Shown here piece by piece: positions 24,601 to 36,600 of a DNA stretch of 64,000 nt (its first letter is position 1; every line of letters begins with the position of its first letter). The stretch lies in NCBI RefSeq assembly GCF_052425735.1, contig NC_135769.1, positions 18,538,001 to 18,602,000 on the forward strand, read 5' to 3'. Under the pieces are notes generated by a model that was not told the DNA's origin, ran no database searches, and saw nothing but the letters and a program-made list of their open reading frames with translations. Source of the stretch: Oculina patagonica (lineage: Eukaryota). The position numbers and the translations under genes are program-made.

Positions 24601-27600
24601 CTTTTACTTGAGAGTAGCAAAAGTAACTCTGCATGTACTAATAGCATCTTTATTCTCACTTAACAAATACATTGCAGAAATCGCACTAGTCTGAATTACT
24701 GTTGATCGGATTTCAGACAGTAGAACCCCGGTCCAGAACAGAATTTTCCCCTGGTTTTTAAAATATTGCTGGAGAGCTTAATTGAATGATCGCACTTTAT
24801 CACTTTGCGTTTTCTAAAAGTGGTCGAGAAAAGGAGGCAAGATTAGACAGTGTGTGTTTCAACCAAGTCACCAAAAGTGTAGTTTTTTGTGTTTCATCAG
24901 TCATTCCCAGTCGCTTCCGTCTACCCTCGTCGATTCCTAATTGAAAATATTTTATTTAAAACTTGTAATGGTTTACTATAACCTATAGACGGAATGACTT
25001 CCGCTTCGGAAACAAAATAAGGGAAGTTCCAAAAGTATTAAATCCATTAGCACTAATTAAGTTTCTATTTATCAATCTATCTAACTACAGCATCCGATTA
25101 GAAACTAAGTTGAAACAGAAGTACTCTCTTGGCGTTTGACCCAATGGAGAGTGAAAACTATTTTTATCAAACATAGTATCAGGAACAGTTTGGAATAATT
25201 AAAGCCTATTACAAGTATTATACCGAAAACATCGAAGATTAATGATTCAAACAAGGAAACTAAAACCGAATCCTGGACACCTTTATGGTCTTAAAGCAAA
25301 GATGATTTTTGCCTCGACAGTCAGGAATTCATTGAACAAGAGAAAATTTATAAAATTTCCGCAGCTTGTAAGCATTAACTAAACAATTTATTATTTTTTT
25401 ATTTAACCTTGTGTTTAACCAAAACTGATTGTAATCATAATCTATTAGTGAGCTCAACCACAAGCGTTTTAGAGTCGCGGACGGCAAACGGAAGATGAAT
25501 GTTCTTCGTTTTTGGCGCGTATTATCAACTTTTCGTCCAAAACGTAAAGTTGAAAATGCTAAAATGAGAGTTTTCTAACCAATTCGTGGGAGAAGATTTT
25601 CCAAACACGGCACTTGTTATTAGCCTAAAGAAAGATGAACGCGTCTCACAATTCACTCAGATAAAGCAATCTTCAAGGCGTTGAGGAGAAGTTCAGACTG
25701 GAGTACAAAAATCATCTTAACAAATATTGTATAACGGAAAGTTAAATATAAATAAATAAATAAACAAACAAAAAATCCTTAAACATTTCCGCGTTACATG
25801 TTTTATATAAACATATGTTGGCCCTTTTTGGCTAAGACGCTCAGCTTTGCAGGAAGAACTTACTAATGTCTCCAATATTTCCGGGGAAAATGAAACAGAA
25901 ACCGGATCGTTGAAATGCACACCAGTTGATGGCTCACACTGAGCAGCTACACGCTAGCAAACGCATAATGGGGATTTTATTAAAACCTGTACACGCTGCC
26001 AAACAACGTGCCCTCAGATTCATAGGAAGAGCTGTAAACCAGCTCGTGACAGCGACGTTTCTCGAGAAGATGAAATGACACCTGTAGGGAAGCAACCTTA
26101 TCTTTGCGTCTTCAAGGAAGAATAAAACAGTAAACTAAAACCGCACACCTTAAAAAGTTTCGCCTTAGGTTATCAAGTTCTTCGTGCGTTACTCCGTCCC
26201 CATTTTCCTAAATCTTGGCCACTCTTGTTCCTTTGGAGTTTACTGTCTTTACTTTCACTCCTTTGATTCCCCCGCCTACGAAAACCACTATTCTAAGATT
26301 TCGTTCGATTTGAAAGCAGTTTTCTTCATCGAAAAAAAAGGACATCGTGACAAAGCTCTTTTAACACATGATAATGACTAATTACTAAGTAACCCGCGGA
26401 GAGGTTAAGTTGACCTAGAACATCCCTAAACATCCCTAATATAACATGATACCACACTCAGATCCACAGGAAGCCGAGCTAACACAAGCCCGTGTCAGCG
26501 ATATTTCTGGGGAAGAACTGAAACGATACATATTTGGGGGTGCTCAGAGTATAAACATGAACGCCTACAAAAAAGAGAACTAACAGTTTTGGAGCTAAGG
26601 ACTACTTTATCGATTTGAAATGAGTAGCAGTACACTGATTGAGGTGTTTGGTCATATCGTGTTCAGTTTTACACGAGGCGTGACAGAGCACTACAACCCA
26701 GAAGAACCTGAATTCACGGCAGAGTCTTTTGGCTACGATCCTCTACAAAGCACAGGTCGAGAATGGTATTATCATCCTGTTGATGAGCTCATTTATCAAG
26801 AATACAGCGATAGAGAGGCCACAAGCTTGGACTATTTAGCGTCTAGTAGTCTCGATATAAAAGTTATAGACGCATGTTCGCCAGAGGAAAAAGAAGAAAC
26901 ACAGGAAGAGCAACAAAATGAAGATAGAGCAATGGCTTGGAAGCGACTCAGACCATCCGCTCTCCGTACAGTTTGTAAATCAATGTACATTGGAGCTTTG
27001 ATTTCACTACTAACTGCTACCATCATTGGTTCAGTATACATGACGATTACCTATCTCTCTTACAAAACTAAACTCAACTGCCAATTTCAGCCAAAGAAGT
27101 CAATTCCGTTACAAGTGCAGTGGATGAGATCAATTTGTGGTATCATCTCATGTGCATTTATTTACATGTGGTACTTTGCAGGTACACTATTTCTTTTCCG
27201 CCCATATCAGTTAATGGGGTTAAAAAGAAAACTGATTTTGGTTTGCTGCCTTGGTTATTGTCTAGATTCACTTTATCGTGTGCTTCTACAAGTCCTAGGA
27301 ATATCCCATTCCAAGAGTTCCTTGTTTCAAAAGAGTCCACAGAACTTCATATTCTTTATAAGTGTATGCTGGCAAATCTTTCTCTTAAAGAACCACTTCC
27401 GTATGCGACGGACAAAGAGACAGCAACTGACTTTTATGTTACAAATGATTCTCCCTGGCTATTTGTGCTTCCTTCTTGGTATGACGCTGGTCTTTTTTGT
27501 CTATCCGGCGTACAACAAACAACACAAGGAAGGGAAACTGCTAATTGCACTCTTCGCTCCTCTCATTGGAGTTATTGTCAAAGCAATCTCAAGAATTTCC

Positions 27601-30600
27601 GTTCAGCGGCTCTGGAACATTACCCATCCGGGATATTCGTATGCCTTGTTAGTGCCACTGTATTTTGGCACAGCGGTTATGTTTCGAGTTTTACAGGCGG
27701 ATCTCAGCAGTGTGGAATCCATCGCTATTCTTGGAATAATTCACGGCGCTGCAGAAGTCATAGAACGAAGCACTATGGTTGTGATTGATCACATTTGCCA
27801 TGCCATCTGGAAAAGAAAGACAGCTCCTTGGGGAAGTTTTCGTACTCCTCGCCGTGAGAGACTAAGGGCTGATATCGCTATCATGAGCATGTTATCTGAA
27901 TCAACTGCTATAGTGGCCGTAAATGGATTTTTGCACTTTTATCGATTAATTTACTTACAAAACGCTCCCTTTTTAGAATTACTTCAGTCTTTTGCAATTA
28001 GAACGTCTGTTCCGCTGGTGATTGAGTGGTTTTTCATCAGCGTATCTCTTGCGATCGAGACTCGCTATCAGAATATGGCTGTCATGGCTGTTTGGCGAAG
28101 AAGATGGAAAAGACACATCTTAGTAGCATTGCTAAATGCGGTGCCTTTAGCTCTGTGGACCAGTACTAACCTTATAGAAGTTGTACATGGACGTTTCAAT
28201 GAGGCTAACCAACCTTGCAAAATGCCGTTTACTTGAAAGCAGCAACGTAATTAACTTTACATGTACCCAGGGCAGAGAAATTGCAGAAATCGCACTCGTG
28301 TAAAACTCAGCAGACGGCCTGAGTATGTTATTGCGCGGGTCATTTGGTTCTATTTAGGATACAACATACAATGTTTATTTTGTACTTTGTAACTGTAGTC
28401 TTTCACGCAAAAAATCCTGTTCATAGACACACTACAACACTTATGACTTAAGACAAGATTTACAGAATTCCCAAAAAAATAAGCTTGAAACAAATATTTG
28501 GAGCAAAAGATACATGATTGTTTAGGACAACGTTGTCGAAACGATTTTACCCCAGTTCACTGTGATGATAATCGTAAATAACAAAGCAACGAGGGATTAA
28601 TAAGTATAACGTTTCATAGTTCATAATCCCTCAAAACGTTTTATTGATTACTGTTTAAAGAAGCATACAATATATTATATTCCAATAAACTGTGTGAAGA
28701 CATACGATGTCACGATATATTAATTCACAGTGTATTATGTCACGACATACTAGGTCACAGTCACGATATCTTACGTCACTGTAGCCCCTGCATATAACCT
28801 CACGATATATGCTGTCACGATATATCATGTCACGACATATAATGTCACGATATTTTACGGTATGTCACGAACATTATTATTCATTGCGTTATGTCACGAT
28901 TAATTATTGAGTTATGTCACGATATACGCCTAGTCAGTTATTTTGTGATGTCAGTTCATTTTATTTTGTCTAATACCTTTTGTTTGCGTTTACTTTCTGA
29001 GGAAACATTGAATGAGTTTTAATATAAAAGCGAGAAAACCTAAGTTTACTTTCTTTATATACTCTAATACGTCATTTTACAAGTTAGGAAACCACAAAAA
29101 GTGCAAGTCAAGAGGTCAAGTCAGTGATTGTCAATGATGCCTTCCGCTGTTATTTGTTTTTGGCAGAGCAAAAATACAGTTTTAGTCGGTCGGTCGGTCG
29201 GTCGGTCGGTCATAAATTTGCCAAGGTTTCCCATCACGGAAACATTAACTTATTCTCGCATTTAAATATTGTCAGGACCTTTCCCTGACCACTCAAGCAA
29301 GCAGTCATTAAACCTTTTTAGCTTGGTATGTAAACTGCCTATCAAATACAGAGAAATCTCGAATTCTCAAACCTTTGATTTCTCGAACCTCCAACAAACT
29401 TGAACCAAAAGTCGTTTCCTTTGGATTTGCATAAGTTAGTTTCACCCCTTGATTTCACTACTTCCTGATTTCTCGAACCAATTTTCCTTTCCCATAAAGA
29501 TTTAAATCTTCGAAATTCTACTGTTTCCCAAATTGTAAAAAAGAACAACAGAACATAGAACCTGAACATGATCGAAAATGTTGAAATTGCAGCTTCAGTT
29601 AGCTGCTGTCCATTGTTAGTAACAAAAAGGAAACAGTACACAGTACCCTGATAGGGTGTTTGGTGATATCGTGTTCAGTTTTACACGAGGCATCACAGAG
29701 TACAACAACACAAGACGCCTTAATTTGACGTTATTCGCCTTGGCTCAGCGTCCATTTTAACGAGGTCCTACTTTAATAGCTGAAGTCCGACATTAATTTA
29801 AATGATTCTCGCATTTTAATTGTCGGGACGTTTCTCTGACCACGCAAGCAAGCAGTCATTAGACCTTTTTAGCTTCGTAGAATTTTTCCTTTTAATATCT
29901 ATCTGAAAATTATCCATTCATTTCCACGTGATTTTTTTTTTCAATTTGAAAGAAATAATTCTCAAGGGCAACATCACATGGTCTGAAATTCAACAACAAA
30001 CAAACGGAGCTAAAAACGTCTGTTTCCATTTCAGCGTTTCAGGGTAGGAGACGTTTCGTACCCACGGACTATTCGCACGAAATGGAGCACCAGCCCGTCC
30101 CAGACCCCCTAATGTTTTGGTTCCATGCCACATAAGCAAGACTCATTCAAAACAGATAACCTGTTTATAGCTTCTATTTATAGTGGACTTTGCTTAACTG
30201 AAAAACACAAAACTTTACATGAACAACATATGATACTGGTTTGTTTGATACAAAACAACTTGGTAATTAGAGAGATAACGCATGACGTTATACGGCAAAC
30301 GCGAGCTTGCCTTTTCTTTGGCTTACTTTTTATGGAATTCTAAAATTTATCCCTCCGATCGATAAAAATAAGGGAAAAATACCACATTCAAGACAAACAC
30401 AGAACTTCTCATTTCTGCGTACGAACACCAAACGGCAGAAGTTGAATTTTTGCCGTTAGCGGAGAATATAAACGTCATGTTTAATCTCTCTGATAGGATG
30501 GGTACGAAACGTCCAGATTGACTGGGTACGAATCATTCGAGTAGGATACGAATCGTCTGAGTACGAAACCTCATTGGATACGAAACATCTGGTAGGCCTT

Positions 30601-33600
30601 AAAATGTTTATAGTATATTTCATATTAGGTTTTATATTTCAACTACAAAACACGTGAACCTGACGTTATTCGCCTCGGTGTCAGTACTCGTGTGGTTTGA
30701 CTGCCGCAAATACGTTGAAGTCAAACTTTAAAATAAACCATCAATCAATCAATCAATCAATCAACTTTAATCATCGCCCATTAACACTTCGGGACTTTTT
30801 CCTAACCATCCGGGCCAAGCAATTAATTACCCATCCGGGATAGTCGTATGCCTTGTTAGTGCCGCTGTATTTTGGCACAGCGGTGGGATGTCGAGTTCTA
30901 GCAAGCAGCTAATTTCCGTCTCAGCGGAAGGTTTCATTCTTGAAACCATGAATTATAGAAATATTAAATACAAAAGAGTTTTACACTTTCAGTTTTATCG
31001 ACGGATACAAAAAACACTAAACAGAAATCTGTTAACTATCTGTTCTCAGTACAGCGTCAATGCGTTAGGTGCAATTTAATCATTTGCATTCGTTCAAGTT
31101 AGGTGAAAATGAGTAGCAGTACACTAATAGAGGTGTTTGGACATATCGTGTTCAGTTTTACACGAGGCGTGACAGAGCACTACAACCCAGAAGAACCTGA
31201 ATTCACAGCAGAGTCTTTTGGCTACGATCCTCTACAGAGCACAGGTCGAGAATGGTATTATCTTCCTGTTGATGAGCTTATTTATCAAGAATACAGCGAC
31301 AGAGAAGCCACAAGCTTGGACTATCTAGCGTCTAGCAGTCTTGATGTGAGGGTTATAGACGCGTGCTCGCCAGAGGAAAATGAAGAAACACAAGATGATC
31401 AACAAGATGAAGATAGAGCAATGGCTTGGAAGCGACTCAGACCATCCGCTCTCCGTACAGTTTGCAAATCAATGTACATTGGAGCTTTGATATCACTACT
31501 AACTGCTACCATCATAGGTTCAGTTTACATGTTGATTACCTATCTCTCATACAAAACTAATCTTATCTGCCAATTTCAGCCAAAGAAGTCAATACCATTA
31601 CAAGTCCAGTGGATGAAAACAATTTGTGATATCATCTCTGGTGCGTTTACTTACACGTGGTGCTTTGCAATCATGTTGTTTCTGTTTCCGCCCACATCAG
31701 TTAATGGGGGTGAAAATAAAACTGATTCTGGTTTGTTCCCTTGGCTATATTCTAGATACAATTTATCGCGTGGCTCTGCAAGTCTTGGACATATCTCATT
31801 CCAAGACATCTGATTTACAAAAGATTCCACTCAACGTTTCGTATTTTTATCAGTGTATGTTGTCAAGTTTATCTTTATAACGAATCACTTTCGTATGCAA
31901 CGGACACGGAAACAGCAGGTGACTTTTTTCATACAAATGATTCTACCCGGCTGTTCCCCCTTTCCTTGTTTGGTTATCACCGCAGCCTATTTTATTTACC
32001 CAGCCTTTAACAAACAAGACAAGGAAGGAAAATTACTCATCGCAATTTTCTCTCCTCTCATTGGAGTCATTCTCAAAGCAATCTCGAGAATTTCAGTTCA
32101 GCGGTTATGGAACATTACCCATCCGGGATATTCGTATGCCTTGTTGGTGCCGCTGTATTTTGGCACAGCGGTGGGACTTCGAGTTTTACAAGCGGATCTT
32201 GACAGTTTACAATCCATTGCTATTCTTGGAATAATTCATGGCGCTGCAGAAGTCATAGAGCGAAGCACCATGGTTGTTATTGATCACATTTGTCATGTTA
32301 TTAGCAAACGAACATCAGTTCCTTGGGGAAGTTTTCGTACTCCTCGCCGTGAGAGACTAATGGCCGATATCGCTATTATGAGCATGTTATATGAATCAAC
32401 TGCTATTGTGGCCGTTAATGGGTTTTTGCACCTTTATCAATTTATTTTCGTACAAAACGCTTCCTTTTTAGAGTTACTGCAGTCGTTTGCAATTAGAACG
32501 TCAGTTCCGCTGGTGATTGAGTGGTTTTTCGTCAGCGTCTCTTTGGCGATCGAGACTCGCTATCAGAATATGGCTGTCATGGCTGTTTGGCGAAGACGAT
32601 GGAAGAGACACATCTTGGTAGCAATCGTAAATGTGGTACCATTAGCTCTGTGGCAATTGTACTAACCTCATAGAAGTTGTACATGGACGTTTCAATGAGG
32701 CAAACCAGCCTTGCAAAATGCCGTTTACTTGAAAGCAACAATGCAATAAACTACAGATGTGCCCAGAAACAAAGAAATTGCAGAAATCGAACTCGTGTAA
32801 AACTCAGCAGACGGTCTAAGTATGCTATTGTATGCGTCATTTGGTTCTAACAGGATACAAGACACATTGCTTCTTTTTACTTTTTTGTAATTGTAGTTTT
32901 CCGAACAAAAATCCTTGGATTGATCTTCAGAGAGGATCACAGACAAACTTAAACACTTATGCTTCAAGCATAACAGAAGACGCAAAAAATGAGCTTAAAA
33001 CAAATACTTGGAGTAAAAAGTATTGTTTTTTTTTCTTTTCAAATAATGTCATTTTCTAAAATCTATTTTTTCCTTCATTTTCTTCTTCACCTCTCGCCTC
33101 TAATAGCTACGCTAATAAATTGCGGGAGGTGAAAAAAATTGTAAATATTTATGTGTGAATTAAAAGTAATTGTTATTTTTGTTGTCGATTGTTTAGACAA
33201 CGTTGTCGAAACGATTTTACCCCTAGTGCATTGCGATGATAATCGTAAGTTACAAACGAAGCAACGAGGGAATTAATAAGCATAACGTTTGACAGTTCAT
33301 AATCCCTCAAATTGTTTATTGATTCTTGTTCAAAGAAGCATACAATATATTATATTCCGATAAACTGTGTTATTAAAGACAAGCTGTCACGATTTATAAT
33401 ATTACAATATATTATGTCACGATATATAATGACACGACATCTTATGTCATGGCAGTCCCAAAAGAAGTATAGAAACTCACGATATATGCTGTCACGACAT
33501 ATTGTGTCAAGATATATTACGCTATGTCATGACACATTATTATTGATGAGTTACAGCGTTATGTTACGATATATTCGTACGTAGCATTCCATTGCACGTT

Positions 33601-36600
33601 GAAAATTGAAAATGATTTCACCATTTGAATTATCGGGACTATTCCCTGAGCACTCAATCAAGCAGTAAATTCTGTGAACTTAATTTCCCTCTCAGGAGGG
33701 GTTGGTACTCATTCTTTGAACAGTGAATAGAAATGCTAAATAGGAGAGTTTTAATTTTCAGTTTCGACGGCGGATATTCACCAGAATTCCGTAAACTGTC
33801 AGTTCTAAGTACGGCATCAATACGTCAGGTAAAATTTAACCATTCGCATTCGTATTTATACCTAATCGTACCTTTTTGGTACGCTTCGGCGGCATATCAG
33901 GCGAGTTTCGTCGAGCCATGGTGCCGCCGAAGCGTACCATAAAGGTACGATTAGGTATTTACCGTACTCAAGTTCAGAATTTAGCGAAACATTTGGGAAC
34001 TCCGATTCTATTGTTTTAGTCTGAATGTTTCAGTACTTGTCGCCAAACATCGCACAATTGGCGAGCGCGCTCAAGTTTTGTTTTGGCGGGAAAGTTTTTA
34101 CTTCTTTTACGACCTGTAAAAACTAGCTAATCTTAAATTACGAGGTTCTGATTTATTGGTAAAACCTCTTTTCAATTCATCGTACGGTAACAGTACTTTA
34201 CTTGAAAGTGTCCATAATATCGTGGCGTATCAGGTCAGTGACTTGATATCGTAGGATATCAGGACAGAAGATCGTGCTTCTGATTGGCTACTTGCGAATT
34301 TGGGTACGGTAAGAGGTGAATGCGAGTAGCAGTACACTGATAGAGGTGTTTGGTCATATCGTGTTCAGTTTTACACGACCCGTGAGAGGGCACTACAACC
34401 CAGAAGAACCTGAATACACAGCAGAGTCTTTTGAAAATGATAACACGAGGGGTATTCAACCAACAAAGACGGCACTTGTTTGCCCAACCTAAGAACCATC
34501 AACGCGGTTCACAATTTGCTTAAAAGTCCCGCAAGACTGAGCAATCTGTAAGGCAGAGAGAATAAGTCCGGACAGAGGCAACATGAAGAAAAGAACAGAA
34601 CTTTTGAACTTTCCAAAACTTTGAACTTCTATTTTCAAAATAAAATACCTTAAAGAATAAAGCGTTACGTTACATCATACAATGTATAAAACACACGTTA
34701 ACCGGCCTTTTTGTTAAAACGCTCAGCTTCGCAGGAAGAACTTACTTCACATTAGACAGTGTAGGTTTAGTATTTTTAAAGTATTTCTGTTTTATTCGGA
34801 TACAATTATTATTATATCAATTTGAATTATTTTTAATTAGTGTCCCAATATAGGGAAAACTTTGTTTACAATATTTGCCTTCTTTTACAAAGAATGTTTT
34901 CTAAAGTTTTCTTTTACTGGAAGGGAATTTTGTTCATCGAAAAAAAAAAAAACTTTCTTCACATATAACAAGACGTCTAATGTCGTTCCTGTGGGAATAA
35001 ATGTATTGGTCTATACAAGCAGAAGTAGTATTAGAATTGAGAATTATGGAAATTGCAAATATATTTGTCGTGTGATGTATAAAAATAGGTACCGATAGGA
35101 TATATATATAAGGGCTATTGATATGGAAATCTAGGGTTTTATATCTACACTTTGTCTGTGGCTATCGGTAGACTGATTATAATAAGAATGATTCATCCAA
35201 TCTGAAATAAAATTTCGGTGGCCTCTGTCCACCTTCAAAGTAAAATGATGTCCGTCAGATTACTGCATTTGAAGGCTTTAGAAAGCTTGCAATTATAGAG
35301 GTTTAATATCTTTATAATTGCAAGCTTTCTAAGGCCTTCAAATGCAGTAATCTAAACAGAATTTACCCAAATGGACGCGAGCAACGTAACAAAACAGATC
35401 AATACAAAGGAGGTGAAGTTGAGCTCCAAGAACGCAAATCTCAACAATCAAACTAAGGGGAGCTTAAAACAACTGAAAGAAACCCTAGCTCGCATTGCTT
35501 AGAGACTGCAGTAGCCTTGAAAAGACTCGGATCTTAGACCTTCGTAACTGTGATAAAGAAACATTATCCTGCAAGCTAATAGCACGTTAATGATAAACAA
35601 GATCACGGTTAAAGAAATCCACTGATCCGAAACATTTTATAGACTACAACATTCTTTAAGGATCTTGCAACAAATATGAGCCGATAAAAGTAACTAAATA
35701 TGCAAAGAGCTAGCAAACACGACAACATTAAGAATATTAGTGAAACGGCCATGGAGAGCGTGAAATCCTCCGTTAAACATACTGAAGGCTAAAATTCATT
35801 TAGCGACCAGCCGAGCAGGTGTCATGATTGGCATGTCACTGTTTATAGAGCGGTTTTCACTTGAGTGTCGAAAGTTAATTGCGTTTGCTTTGGTTTTGCA
35901 TTGCTACGCTTAGTGATTGGCTTAAAAATCTCGCGCCAATTTCTCAGCTAATCAGAACTAAAACCAAAACCAATCGTGACTCGCTCGCGCACGTTTTCCC
36001 GCGCTTCGTGCCGGCTTCATGTATTTGCTTCGAGTTTTGATTGGTTCACTGGATTGTCTGTGTCCTTTGTGATTGGCCAGAGTAATTACTTTGGTTTTGG
36101 TTGTACGACACTCAATTGAAAACTGCTCTATCGCCACAAATAAAGCGCGCTGAAACGACTAAAACGTCAGCTGAAACGTTCTTCAACAATAGAAGCAACA
36201 CGACATCCCAATGACGTATGTGCAAAGTGATTCGCTTCCATTGGTCAAAGTAATCACAAATCAAAAAGTCGTTAAAAAAATATTGATACAAATTTCAAGC
36301 AATCCTCGCGCTTTGCAATTTGTGCCTACAACTGAAAACAAAATTTGCCAGTTTTTCACTGCGTTCTTCCGCAGATATCATACAGAATAATGATTATTCG
36401 AATTAAACTATTTTTAGTGCATGACAGTATTACACAGAGATCTGTTAGCGAGAGGTGAAAGCCCTTAGGGTTAGGATTCGATACCGAATTTAATAATTGC
36501 CCCAATTGAATTCGAGACTTTCACTTTCAGTTTCATCAATTGATAAATAAATATCCAATGCGTTTGGTGAAATTTGATAATTCTCATTCGTATGAGAAAG

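Noticed and set aside
27120-27788. 222-aa alternative-frame ORF inside copy B
   Set aside because: Not kept at this length in the other paralogues and has no recognisable features; likely a chance overlap.
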